Positions 22,774 through 34,784 of a DNA stretch of 64,000 nucleotides are shown piece by piece (within the stretch, counting starts at the first letter, position 1; every line of letters starts with the position of its first letter). The DNA lies in the NCBI GenBank assembly GCA_964019335.1, contig OZ025697.1, forward strand, positions 248,001 to 312,000, given 5' to 3'. The notes under the pieces are model-generated. The model ran no database searches. It was not told the origin of the DNA and was given only the letters and a program-made list of their open reading frames with translations. A program made the position numbers and the translations under genes. Origin of the DNA: Diplonema japonicum (Eukaryota > Protista > Euglenozoa: Diplonemea).

Positions 22774-23664
22774 TTTTTTTTTTTTTTCTTTTTACACACC
22801 CGCCGCCGCCCCTTCCCCTCCTGTACTACAGTTTTTTTTTTTTTTTTTTTTTCTTTTTTCATTTTTTCCCCCCTTCTTTTTTTTGGTCCCTCGTAAGGAG
22901 GAAAGAACAACAAAAAAAAAAAAAAAAAAAAAAAAAGAAGCTAGAAAGAGAGAAGAAAAAGAAGAAAAAGGAAAAACTCGAGGTGGTGAAATACACTGGA
23001 GGTTCGCGGGGGGGGTAAAGAAGAAGAGAAAAAAAAAAGAGAAGAGAGGTAAGAATAGGAACGGGTGATCGTTCTCTTCTTTTTTCACTAGCCCCTCTCC
23101 CCTCTTTTTTTTTCTGTCAGTAAGTAAGAATAAAAGAAAGTGATGGGGAGAGCATAGGTATTCAATAAAATTGGATTGGGGGAGGGGAGAGCTCAAAAAA
23201 AAAGAAAAAAGCTGTCTTCATCCCTGCGTTCCCTAGACAAAAACGTTTTATGAAAGAGTAACGCACTACACCTGCTGCTGTCTCTAAGGGTGTCGAGTCC
23301 TGCGCTCACCTCGTTCCCAGTGTACCTCTCACAAGCAGTTGGAAACCTCTTTGAGTGCGTTGAAACCAGTTGAACATAGCAGAACCCAATCTATAAAGTT
23401 CTGAGAGGGAAAACAAAAAACACAATGGTTTTCGTTTAAGTTCTTTTATATCTACGTTCCAACTGGGGCTTGCTTTTATTTTTTTTTAATTTTTTTTTAT
23501 ATAACTTTTTGTCTTTATAGTGACCTAAGGAGCGTGTAGAGAATAAAAACATTACTTTTAAAAGAACAGAGAGAGAAAAAAAAAAAAGAAGAAAAAAAGA
23601 AGAAACCGCTCACCACTTCGTGTGGGATTTTCCTGCCTTTTTCTTCTTTTCTCGTCCTTTTTGT

Positions 23665-24693
23665 TCACTGCGCAGGATTGGGCTTGGACCTTTTAATGGC
23701 TAAACCAACCGCAGCAGCAAAGGACAGGACAGAGAAAAGGGAAAGAACACCACACGAAGGTAAGGAGGAAGGTTTCTTACCCAAATCGTGGTCTTTGGTG
23801 GTTGCCGTTCGGCGTGAGGTGACATACACTGTGTCGCCCTTGCGGACGATGGTCTCGTGAGACTGAGAGACACAGTTCTGCCCGAAGAGAGCACCGCGAC
23901 CAAAATTGCGGTACTTGTTCAGAAGAGTGAGGGCGTTGCTGGGGGTCATGCGTTGATCCATCTTCTGAGTGTCGGGGTTGATGGTAGTGAGCACACATCT
24001 CTCGCAAGCGGTGACAAAGTGGAAGGTGCCCTTGCCAATCTGCACCTCGTGCCAGTCATCGTCATCGTTAGGAATAACATCACCTTCGATCAATATGTTA
24101 GGTCTGAACCGACGCACGTCCAGCGTGTGGAGGTTGCTGTCGAACGAAGCAGACTCGCTTGCTTTCTTGTTGATTTCATCTAAAGATGACTGAAGAAGTG
24201 CGAGGTATGGGAATCCATCCGCGAACCCTGTTGTATACCCTTCCCCTGGTACATTGACGGCCATGTCCATTTCGACGTCTCTCTTTTCATCTTTAGGGCA
24301 CTGCAACAACTTGTACGTTGGAACCTTTGCCCCCAGAGCTTCATCTAACCAGGTGTTCACGTCTTCCCCACACACCAACGCGTTTTTCATGACGCCACCA
24401 AACACTTCCGCGGTTTGCCTGATGTCCGATTCGTCCTTCTCCCAGACCGTGATCGGCCGCTCGCCGTTCCATGTCAGCTCGACGCCGGTCTGGCCGTCTT
24501 TTTGTACCATCTTGGTCCCGATCGACCCGAGTCTCGTCATCTTCCTCTGTGTCACCATGTCGCCTTTTCCATCTACAATCATCCAGTACCTGTCGTACTT
24601 GAAACCCTTCTTGCTGATTTCAGCCTCATCCACCTGGATTCCCTGACAGGACTTCACAGGGTAGATGAACAAGGCCTTTACTCTGAGCGCCAT
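23665..24693 (-). CDS. MOSC-domain molybdenum-cofactor protein (mARC/YcbX-like) with C-terminal TM
   Basis: LFIYPVKSC, YDRYWMIVD, GFADGFPYL, RRFRPNILI, CERCVLTTINP, FGQN. Confidence 0.93.
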   Translation of the reverse strand: MALRVKALFIYPVKSCQGIQVDEAEISKKGFKYDRYWMIVDGKGDMVTQRKMTRLGSIGTKMVQKDGQTGVELTWNGERPITVWEKDESDIRQTAEVFGGVMKNALVCGEDVNTWLDEALGAKVPTYKLLQCPKDEKRDVEMDMAVNVPGEGYTTGFADGFPYLALLQSSLDEINKKASESASFDSNLHTLDVRRFRPNILIEGDVIPNDDDDWHEVQIGKGTFHFVTACERCVLTTINPDTQKMDQRMTPSNALTLLNKYRNFGRGALFGQNCVSQSHETIVRKGDTVYVTSRRTATTKDHDLGKKPSSLPSCGVLSLFSVLSFAAAVGLAIKRSKPNPAQ

Positions 24694-24704
24694 TTTCCCC
24701 CTTG

Positions 24705-24735
<31 letters not shown>

Positions 24736-25110
24736 GCGTTTTCCGAAAAAAGGGGAGAGAGAAAAAAATATATCTTTTAAGAAGAAGAACGAAGTCAACC
24801 ATATTTTGTACAAATGTAGACAAGAGAAAATTACGGGGAAAAGCAGGGGAGAAGGCCGAAGAATTTTCTTTTCTTTCTTATCTTCCTTTTTCAACAATTT
24901 AGAATCTTATGGAGATCTGGGGGGTGGGTTATGAAGACAGGGTAAAAAGGCTGGGAGAAGGGGAGGGCATACAGAAAGCAAGTCGAAGACTACTTATTTT
25001 CTTCATTTTCCTTTTTTACAACCAGAAAGATACTAGGAGACACAAAACAAGGGGAAAGGTATTGAAGGGGATGGAACCATCTTATGAAGCTATTCCCTGG
25101 AACAAATCCA

Positions 25111-26694
25111 TTACGATAGCTTTGCGTACTGAGGTTGATAGGCACCTGGCCCAGGAGACAGACCACCTCCGGATGTGGAACAAGAGCCCCACTTACCAGT
25201 GACATTGGTATGCAGGGTACCTCTAGAGGACTGGTTAATTTTACATTTATGTACTTTTTCAAAATCATACTGTACTGGTTTTGGGTATGCTTCTCCCCCG
25301 TCGCGTTGCTCTCACGTCACGCTCTACGGCATCAGCTGTGGTTTGAACTTTGGCAATTATACTACCCATTTCATACACAAGAAATAAAACGGTTGGTTGC
25401 TGTCTTTGAACCCTGTGGGGTTTAGGAACCTCTTCTCCCTCCCGAAGCTAGCACATCCCCTGAGATCTTCAGGAAGGAAGTAGCCCGAGGTCAAACTCGT
25501 GTCTGATTTATTCTTGTCCTTCATCCTGGCCTTTTCTGAAATTGATCTCCTCGGGGTTGACGTGATAGTGCTCAGGCTCGGTTCTCTGAGAGACCTGTTT
25601 ACGCTTCTACTCCTTGACTCCTGTTGTGATGGCCGTCTTTTCGGTGCACTTCTGCTCCTTCCTGACGTTGAAGAGATCCCGCTGTCATTGAGCGTGTTCA
25701 ACCGCTTCATGTCTTCATGAAGTGCCGTTCGTTCCCGCTCTACGTGTTGCCGTTCAATCTCCGTGCGTACGGCAGCCTCGTTCAGTTGTTGTTGTTCTTG
25801 CATAAGTATGCGGACGACGTCGAGGTTGAACGGCCCTTTCGCAAGTGCTTGTTGGTCAGCAATAGGCTGTTGGTGTTGGTGTTGTTTCTGGTCTTGCGGA
25901 CTCTGCTGTTGGTATTGCGGTTCGAGGTGGGGCTGTTGTTCTTTTCGTACGATCTGCTGTTGTTGCAGATCGATTAACTTCTGCTGTTGTTGCTGCTTGC
26001 TGAGAAGTTCTTTCAACTGATGTTGCTGCTGCAACTGAATCTGCTGCTGCTGATTGATAACATCTCTTAGCTGTTTTTCATACATTCCCATCGTTTCTGG
26101 TTGCTTGACAGGTTGCTGCTGCTGCTGCTGCTGCTGTTGTTGTTGTTGCTGTTGGTGGTGGTGATATTGCTGTTGTTGGTGTTGCTGTTGTTGTTTCATC
26201 TGGTCTTGCAGATGCTGCAGAACAACTTCCTGCTGCTGTCGTACTGTCTGGTTATGTGCCTGCGTAACACCCACTTGCATCAATATCTGAGCAGCCGTTG
26301 TTTGAATTTCCTTGGATAACCCGTTCCTGTTCAAGGAAGATGGTGTTTCGAACGTGTTTCTTTGCTGTTGGCATGGTGTTGCAGTATGTATCAAAGGTGA
26401 TCCACACCCTGAACAGAATCGATCCGCAGAAGATAGCACACGATGACAAGCATCGCACTGAAGTGTGTTAGAATCTTTAGACACCAGACTCTTGTTATCA
26501 GCCTCATGAAGGTACCTCCCGTATGCTTGAAGCACGGTATCGAACTGCCCCAAGAACGCTTTCATGTCAGCATCATCGCCACTCGAGTTCAAAGACGTGC
26601 TTCTATCGTCCCATGTGTCCCTCAAAGGGGTGCTCGCCGCCGCGTCCGACCTTGCAAGGGAAGGAAGAGGTGCAAATAAACTCTCAGTATCCAT
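25111..26694 (-). CDS. Gln-rich coiled-coil protein with zinc ribbon and C-terminal PGPGAY (SHIPPO/STPG) motif
   Basis: CDAC..FCSGCG and polyQ. Intron 25336-25376 restores the frame to ..SPGPGAYQPQYAKLS*. A second small intron near 25230-25275 is possible. Confidence 0.72.
26114..26196 (-). repeat. CAG/CAA coding microsatellite (polyQ)
   Basis: (ctg/ttg)n run on + strand. Confidence 0.85.
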
Positions 26695-26724
26695 TTCCCC
26701 CCCCGTCCCACTGTTTTCAGTAGG

Positions 26725-26731
26725 AAAAAAA
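26725..26731 (-). terminator. Pol III T7 terminator of the tRNA
   Basis: TTTTTTT one base after the discriminator. Confidence 0.75.
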
Positions 26732-26732
26732 G

Positions 26733-26804
26733 AGGCGACTGAGAGGATCGAACTCTCGACCCTTGGTTTACAGGACCAATGCTCTACCACTGAGCTAAGC
26801 CGCC
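26733..26804 (-). tRNA. tRNA-Thr(TGT), atypical C33
   Basis: GGCGGCT TAGCTCAGTGGTAGAGC A TTGGT CCTGTAA ACCAA GGGTC GAGAG TTCGATC CTCTC AGTCGCC T. Complete cloverleaf with A and B boxes. Confidence 0.93.
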
Positions 26805-26890
26805 GTTCGAAAACCGGCGGCAGTTCGGGTCGAGCATGACTATCATATGCGGTGAATGGGTCAAACCAATGCAAGAAAATTATGTGAAAA

Positions 26891-29800
26891 TTATCTATCT
26901 AACTCTGAATCAGAACCAAGTGAGTCGGTGTCTGAGGTGGTTGTGGAACCGGTCATGTGCTGAAGTTGTGTTCTCGTAGGCATGTTAACGCACCACAAAC
27001 GGTCTCGACGACACATGGACCTGGACCATTCAATAAGAGAGTTGTCGGAGTCATCCAGCACACGACGGTACTTGGGACCGTGGCTGCTAAAGTCTGAGTC
27101 AAAAGAATCAGTGTTGCGGCTGAGAGGTGTGCCGGAGCATTCCGTTAAGTTTGTGTTGTCTGAGTCGTTCATCAACATGAGGATCTTGTCATCAACTGCA
27201 CCGTAAGGATCTACAGGGTGGAATGGCTGAATGGCACTTCCCTCTTCTAACTTTTCGTTGTCCTTCGCTTCGTACGTGCTGTTGTACACCTGTTGCAACT
27301 CTGCAAGGATTCCACGCTGCTCTTCAAGAAAATTGCGTCGTGTCATCTCCACCTCATGTGCATCGACATCAAAATGAGAGTCCCCCGTTGCCGTGGTACA
27401 AATTGCCACCGCCGCTGCAACAGCTTGGCATGTGGTTGGCACATCGGTGTCCACGTCAAGTAATGTCAATGAAGCGAGTGCAAACGAACCAACAATAGCA
27501 GCATCGACAGAGGCAGTCGGATTCAAAGAACTCTCGCTTTGCTGCTCAGAGGGAGGAGGAGGGAGTATATCCGAATCCGGAATCTCAGGAAGCGAGTCGT
27601 ACCCTACATTCATCCTAGGACTGCCCATCCTCATACTGTTCGCAGAAGACTCTGTACTCTTTGTCTCATCCCAACCCCGACCCTCCATATCGGGCACCTC
27701 TGCAAGAGTTGACGTATCTGTGAAGTTCGACTGCACCGACCGCAGCTCAATTTCATTGTTAAGAGGCGATGCAGAGATCTTCGGCTGCACCTGCTGCTGC
27801 TGTCGTTCGAGGGCGCTTAGTCCTGCTTTCACTTTTAGATACTCTTCTTTCCCAAGTAGACCTCTTGCAAAGCAGTCGGAAACTTGTTTGAGTGCGTTGC
27901 TCGCTCCAGTAGAACTGGGCGTTACTAAAGAGAAAGCAGGTGAGACAGCGTCTCCGCCCAGTGGTACCGGTCGCTCAGAGTTTCGTCTTTCAAGTAGAGT
28001 AGTGTTGAGAGGGCTTTCCGCCACGGAGCCCTTGGTGCTGCTAGCTGCAATGACGCTGTCGCGGTATCGTCCCTCGCCAACCCCAACCGCTTCTGCTATG
28101 GCGCTCCACTCGTCGTTTCGGATGACGTTGCCGCGTAGCAAGCCTTCTCGTGTTTCTTTCGCCTCGTCACTTTCCTTGGCCTGTGCCTTGTGCGCGCTCG
28201 TGGGCTTTCTTATCTTCGATGGTTTTTCTTGTTTGCTCTCATCCTCCGAACTGAACAGGTGTACCTTCCATCTCACCTCTTCGCTCCCCTCGTCTCGCAG
28301 AAAATCTTTTACATCATTTGTGTGCTCGTTCAAAGGCACCAGCCCAGCAAGCCTCCACCCCGCTCTGATTTTTCTGTGAAACTTTTTCTTCGTTTGCCGC
28401 CTTGCCCTCCTCAACTTTTCCGAACTAGGGTGCGTGGAGTTCTCGGTTCTGTATCCACTTGAGCTGCCGCTGTTCTCGCGTATGACGTACTGGTTGAGGG
28501 GACCAAGGAAGCCGTCGTCGGGGAGCTCTTCTAGATTTTGCGTGTTGAGGGGTGGGATGAACGGTTTGGCGACATGCTCAGGCGTGGTCGGGGGGCGGGT
28601 TGCCTCGGAGCTTGCAGAGTAAGAACGATCTATAGAAGTGGAAACGCTGGGAAGCAAAGACAAAGAAGAGGGTGTCCGCGACGAAGCAAGCGAGCGGTCA
28701 TCAATTGCTGCGATTTCTTCCGCCTCCCGTTCCAGATCGGACTTTATCTCACGGGTAGATTCAACACTCACAGTGGCGCTATGGCTATGCGACAGTGTGC
28801 TCGACCTTGATGCTGATTCTGTTCGTCCAGACTGCGGAAATTCCGAACGCGATTCTGATTTCGATAATAGTGTAGGTGTGTCAGGTACCCCAGGAACTTC
28901 GCACGAGGTGATGTCTCGGTACTCCTCATGAAGCGTGTCAAGTTTTTGTTGCAGCTCATCGATGAAGTTGTGCTTCTCCAGCTTGACACGGTTCTGCTCC
29001 GCCTGCTTCAAAGATGCAACAGCGCGGGTCAGGATGTTTTGGTACCGCTCGTCAATGCCGTCTTCTTCCTTTAGAGCCTCATGGATGAGATCAGAAAGTG
29101 CATTGTCGGAACGAATCCCATTGGACACGATTTTCTCCAGCTCCGTTTTAATATAAACAGGTGTTTCTTCCCTGGATTCCATGTGGCTCACCACATCGAT
29201 ATCATCTGTTGTCTGGCTTAAGCTGTTCGTGACATAACGACCCAACGAGGATGCTTCACCGAGAGAGTCGGTTTTTATGCTGTGAACATGTATGTCAGAA
29301 GCAATGGTGGAGTCGCTGCTCGAGCTTAGGAAGCTCTGTGATATGTCACTTGAAAAGGAGGATTCTTCTTCTTCTTCTTTTGCAGAAACTTGGCATTTGA
29401 ACCATTTCCCAAGGAACCGCATTGTGGCTTGAAGGATCTTCCATCGTGAACTACGGTGATCTGTGTGAAGCCGCCATTTTATGTGCGACAATAAAATCCG
29501 ATGGGTGCGAGAGAGCAGCTTTGGAAGCGTTCTCACCGAGCCGAGGGAGTACACGTCCCACAGTGTTAAAAGATCGGGCAGTACGAATGCGATCCTATCC
29601 GTGTTTTTTTGAGCGAAGTACGATGTCAAGACCGGTTTGACAGGGGTTTTCGACAGTTTTTTTCTCAGGTCTTTCTTGCTTTTTGAAGGCATCCACCTGT
29701 AGCCACCATCGCTAAATAGAACGTCCTGCCTTCTCGGTGCTGATTTTTTCCGTGTGTACCCTGGGCGTACCATCGTCGCTTTCTTTTCACTGACCCACCT

Positions 29801-29935
29801 GCCACACACATTTTCTATCTTCACTGCAACTCCAGCTAAAGCCCTTCTAAATTCAATCATTTCTCTCACGCTCTGCGGCATCACAAGCCTTTCGACTCCA
29901 AGTTGAATACTGTGCGGTGTAACGACATCTGTCAT
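26891..29935 (-). CDS. Hypothetical Ser/acidic-rich protein, 1014 aa
   Basis: Long uninterrupted ORF. No recognised domain. Confidence 0.85.
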   Translation of the reverse strand: MTDVVTPHSIQLGVERLVMPQSVREMIEFRRALAGVAVKIENVCGRWVSEKKATMVRPGYTRKKSAPRRQDVLFSDGGYRWMPSKSKKDLRKKLSKTPVKPVLTSYFAQKNTDRIAFVLPDLLTLWDVYSLGSVRTLPKLLSRTHRILLSHIKWRLHTDHRSSRWKILQATMRFLGKWFKCQVSAKEEEEESSFSSDISQSFLSSSSDSTIASDIHVHSIKTDSLGEASSLGRYVTNSLSQTTDDIDVVSHMESREETPVYIKTELEKIVSNGIRSDNALSDLIHEALKEEDGIDERYQNILTRAVASLKQAEQNRVKLEKHNFIDELQQKLDTLHEEYRDITSCEVPGVPDTPTLLSKSESRSEFPQSGRTESASRSSTLSHSHSATVSVESTREIKSDLEREAEEIAAIDDRSLASSRTPSSLSLLPSVSTSIDRSYSASSEATRPPTTPEHVAKPFIPPLNTQNLEELPDDGFLGPLNQYVIRENSGSSSGYRTENSTHPSSEKLRRARRQTKKKFHRKIRAGWRLAGLVPLNEHTNDVKDFLRDEGSEEVRWKVHLFSSEDESKQEKPSKIRKPTSAHKAQAKESDEAKETREGLLRGNVIRNDEWSAIAEAVGVGEGRYRDSVIAASSTKGSVAESPLNTTLLERRNSERPVPLGGDAVSPAFSLVTPSSTGASNALKQVSDCFARGLLGKEEYLKVKAGLSALERQQQQVQPKISASPLNNEIELRSVQSNFTDTSTLAEVPDMEGRGWDETKSTESSANSMRMGSPRMNVGYDSLPEIPDSDILPPPPSEQQSESSLNPTASVDAAIVGSFALASLTLLDVDTDVPTTCQAVAAAVAICTTATGDSHFDVDAHEVEMTRRNFLEEQRGILAELQQVYNSTYEAKDNEKLEEGSAIQPFHPVDPYGAVDDKILMLMNDSDNTNLTECSGTPLSRNTDSFDSDFSSHGPKYRRVLDDSDNSLIEWSRSMCRRDRLWCVNMPTRTQLQHMTGSTTTSDTDSLGSDSELDR

Positions 29936-30698
29936 ATGAAACAGATTTTTTTTTTTTTTTTTTTTTTTGCTTTTTCAACCCCTCCTTTTTTATATGTGTC
30001 TGGTTTGTAGCAACAAACGATGGGTTTCTTTTTTTTTTTTTTTTTCTTTGTCAGTGAGTCACAGATTTTTTTTTCTCTTTTTTTTTTTTTTTTTTCGTTC
30101 TCTCTCTTTTTTTTTTTTTTTAAATTCTTCTTTCTTTTTTTTTTTCTCCAGGGGAAAAAAAAATTATGAAAATGGACAGCGTGGATGGAAAATTAAAAGA
30201 AAGAGAAAAAAAAAAACAAAGACACAAAGAAGGTGACTTTAAGGGGGAAATGTGATGTGGATCAAGCAGTAAAGAGGGGGAGGGCGAAAAAAAAAAAAGA
30301 AGACAGGACTTTCAGGGGCCTGTGCAGAGTATCACGGATCCCTCTTCATTTGTTTTTGAATTTCCTGGTCGGTGTCACTTGGCCCATAGTGGATGATTTA
30401 GGTCTGAAGCCGCTGGCGAAGGAAGAAGAAGAATGAGTAAAAGACGAAAATAAAAGGGAAACCCACACAGAGTTATGACGAGAGGGATCATCCCCCACCA
30501 TTCTTCCTCCCCCCCCCCTTTTTTTTAAAAAAAACCCTCCAAAAGGCTAGGTTACCATAATTCCCCGCTATACAAAATTGTTTTTCTCTCTTTTTGGGGG
30601 TGGTGTTTCATAGGGAGCGTACACAAACGAGCCCAACACCCCTCTTTCCTTTTATTTGTTCCTCTCGGGGAAACGTAAACCAAACCACACAAATAATA

Positions 30699-30731
<33 letters not shown>

Positions 30732-31243
30732 AGGGAAGGGAAAAGGTTAGCAAAGATTGAAAAGGGAGCAGGAGAGTTAAAATGAAAAAAAAAAAAATAT
30801 ATGAGTTAAAGGAGGCCGGTGTTGGCGGCGCCCTGCACAAGAACTGTCTACTTGATTACAGGGGGCGCACCGCGGCCGAGTTGTAGCTTCTTCTGCGTTC
30901 CGCGTCGTGTCCTTAATGCGCGCGGTGTACAGCTCAACCCCAGCCGGTGCGTCCCGGGTAACCAAGATTCTGCGCTCGTGCAGCTGCCTGTTCGTCACCC
31001 TGAGCATCTGCATTATGTTCTTCCACTCGGGCGCTACCGGTGATGACCGACGAGGAGGTCAACAGCGAACAACACATCTGATGTACTTCTTATATTTCCA
31101 TGTTATCCCCACCACCTTTGAAAAAAAAAAAAAAAAAAAACACTAAGCAAAAAAGAAAAGAAAAAAAAAATCTCAAAAAAAAAAAAATTCATCTCTTTTT
31201 TTTTTCTTTTTTCTTTCTCACATTTATTTATTCACATCACAGG

Positions 31244-31291
<48 letters not shown>

Positions 31292-31391
31292 ACTTCTTTT
31301 TTTTCTTCTTCTTTCTCCCCTTCCCCCGTCGCCTTCCTGTATGTTTTTTTTTTCCTTTTTTTTTTTCAACACTTTTTCTTCATTTCTCCAT

Positions 31392-34300
31392 TCATGACTG
31401 GGTACTAGATGGGAGGCCAAGCAAAGTAAGGTGTTGCCCCAGAGCGGGGCTGATCTTCACAATAAGGTCGTGGGTGATGGGCCAGAAGTTCGGGATGGCC
31501 TTGAGGTCAGGGGAGGGCAAGGAGGCAAGTACATTGATCATGTTTTTCGTCTGCTCACAAACAGCTTCTTTGACAGCTTCCCCGGCGTCACTCTTGACAC
31601 TCTGCGGGGGGGGCCGTGTGTAGTAAGCAAACAGCAACCCAAGGATCAACCGCCACGCCTTCACAAACTCGTTGGGCGTCGACGCAAGCTTCGCGTTTTC
31701 AGTGAAATGCAAGAACGCCCTGCACATCAACGCAAGCACCCTTGTTTGTAGATCATCGATACCCTTTACGCTGTTCTCCTTCCCGGATTTGTTTGTAGAG
31801 GGTGCTGGGGAATCGGGAAGCGCAGCGCCAAGGATCATTGTTGGGCTGAACCTACCGAACAACCCGCCCTTTTCTTCCACTGGTGCTTTGTTTTCCTGCC
31901 CGCAAAGTCGCTTCACAAGCTCTACCAGCACCTTTGTGATGGCATCGTAACACACATTAACAGGTAGGTTCGCTGTCTCTCCTGCCAGGATCGATCTTTG
32001 CAGTGCGATTAAAGCATCAGACCTCTCCCTTGGCAGTGCGTCTGCTGTCTGCGACAAGCGTGGCGACGTGTGCGATGCTACCACTGCTGCGAAACCATCC
32101 AATATACTAAGCCACGCGTCGGCCCATTTCGGGGACGGGTTTTTCAAAGACGAAGAGCAGCTGATGAGCGTATCCCTAACACGCGTGAGAGTCGAGACTA
32201 CCTTTAGAGTGACTGGCTCGACCACACCACCAGATGGCGATGTTCCTGGTCTGGCAACGTGTTCCCAGTCTGGGTCCTCGGAGCTTGTTGAGAAGAAGTG
32301 GTAAAGATTGATGAGCCCTTGCACTAGGCTGGGCACGTTGTCGGGCCATGCAAAGGAGCTCTTCTCCGCCATGCTCTGAAGGATCTCAAAGCACTGCACT
32401 GTGATGCTTCCGTTCTTTGCGAGCAGCCCGCATTTGTTCGTCAGCATGATGAGGTTTTCCCACGCCTCTGCGTCTCTTACATCGTCCAGCGCGTCGGTTT
32501 TCAGGATGATCGCGAAGGCGGATGCCACATGGCGTGCTACGAGCAACCCGAACACTTTGTTGTGGAACTTCCCGAAGGTCGTCAGCCCGTTGAGGAGCGC
32601 CCTCGTCCTGTCTGCGGTTCTCCCAGGCTCGGAGGCCAGCCTCACAAGGATCCGCATCATCGACACAACCACGTGCTCCCCCACAGCGATCCAATACGCG
32701 ACCTCCTGCAGTGTTGTGTTGCAATGTGTTTTTTCTTCTTTTCTTTTTTCTTCCAATACCTGTTTGTTCGTATTCGCATCCTGCGAGCATGTGTACGAAG
32801 CGGCTGTCACAAGCAAGCGTGTGTAGAAAGCATCGATGTGTTTAGCAGCTACGTGGTACCGATGACCTGTGGTTGTTGGTTTTTTTTTCTCTTGTGTTGC
32901 AATGGCATACCATTTGAAACCAAGAGGTCGGCCAGTAGGTGGACGGAGAAAACAGTAGTGTGAACCGAAGAAGGGTGTGCTGTGAGCCCCACGTCCTTCC
33001 CTGCGTCGCTTTGAGGGATCTCGACACCGCTGTTCTTAATAAGAGCGATGACGACCCACACGATGACCTCGTCGGAGAGCTCGCGCATGCGGTCCTCCAT
33101 GATGGCGGCGATCTTGCACTCGGAGATGATCCTGCATACCCTTGACATGGCTGCCTGGTTCTGCGCCTGCTGCCGTTTCTTCACCTCCTCTGTGTTGCCC
33201 AACGAGAACCACGTCGAGGCGGGCTTCTCCTCCTCCTCGATAATGGGCTTCTCGTAAGGCTTCACAGACATGATGGGCGACACAGGACACTCATAGAACG
33301 ACTGCGTGTGCGGGCCTGCCGCCGTTGGCGACCCGACAGTGCTTGCCGTGGACGCCACCGACTGCGCAACATGAGTGGAAGGGACGTAATTAGGAAAGGT
33401 AGCACTGTTGGTGATGGAGTTGACAGGGGATAACTGTTGCATTTGCTGCTCTGGCAGACAGCCGAGCAGGTAAATTCGCAACACAAGGTCCATGGCTTCA
33501 ACCCATGAATCTCTCATGCACTCACCGTGGTCGTTGACAATGTTGAAAAGAGCACGGATCGCAAGCATGCCCTTGGACGACCTTCCGAGAGTTGTCACCG
33601 CGGCAGGGCCTGCCTTCGGTTCCAAGATCTTCGTGAATTTCCAAAGCGCGATGACCAGCTTGTCCACAACGCCGGTGTTGTTGAAGTGTGCGGCCATTGT
33701 CCCGCAGAGGTAGAAACCGTGCATGGCATCGTTGATGATCACTTCACCGCCCACAGGGCCCGTCGACTTGTCCATGCCGTATGGGAGCTCGCGTCTTGTG
33801 TCTTCGTCGACAGCCTCGGTGACAGCAGACAAGGCGGAGATGGCGTGCCCCACTAGGGTCGTGAAGAGGTGAGCGTCATAGTCACGTACCGCCACGGCAC
33901 TGATAGGACCCACAGTCCCGCCTGTTGCTCTTGACTTGAGGACAGCTTGCTTCCACTGGAAGTCCTCAGATGCAATGTCGGTGACAGCATCCTTCATCTT
34001 GATCTCGTTGTCATTGATGTCATCGAAGACTAGCTCCTGGTACTCGGGGGGGATGTCCTTTCCGCCGTTGGTGCCTCTGTTGTTGCGTTTGAAGCCCGTC
34101 GGTGTCATCTTCTGTTCCACCTGTGCAGAGTGGAGGTCGGTGTTGAGCATGATGACGGAGAAGGCAAACACAAATGCCGCATCGGAGTCGTAGAAAGGGT
34201 TCACAGTTTCATCGCGAATACCGTCAGAGGGTGTGTTGTGCTGGTGCCAACGGGTGGCAAATTCTTCCATCAGCCTGTCAATGCGCTGTGCTTCACCAGG

Positions 34301-34752
34301 AAGGAGGAATGTGCTGAGCACAAGCCTCAACGCCGCTACAAGATGCATTCCCTTGAAGTTGATCTGCGCAATGAAACCTTCCCTTACTTGCGATGAGTAC
34401 AGTACCCTCCCTTCCTTCGTGTCTGCTTCCTCTGCCAACCTCATGCTGAACTCTTCTTTTGTTTCTCCTTCCCTCCCATGCCTCTCGTATTCTGGGTCAA
34501 GACCACCCTCTGATATGTACTCGCCGAGCATCCTCTTGTCGAGAGCCGGGCTGTTTTCGAACAACATTCTTCCAATCTCGTGCCCGTTCGAGTTTGGTTT
34601 CACACCGAAGATATTGCGCCCGTCGGGGCCCACCTCGAGGCTTCTGAGGTGCTTCACAGCATTCTTGGGCTTCTCAAGGAACAGCCTTGCAAAGTGCTGC
34701 AGGCTCTTTTTCTTCTCGATCAACAAGCGCTGCTCTGGTGAAGGAAGCTGTC

Positions 34753-34784
<32 letters not shown>

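Noticed and set aside
23210-23405. Possible SL RNA or snoRNA
   Set aside because: No recognisable SL exon/donor or C/D box pair.
26768-26774. Reading the anticodon as GTA (Tyr)
   Set aside because: Stem register centres TGT, and G1-C72/U73 fit Thr.
26695-26874. tRNA apparently nested inside a protein ORF
   Set aside because: The upstream extension is fortuitous; the CDS more plausibly starts at ATG 26694.
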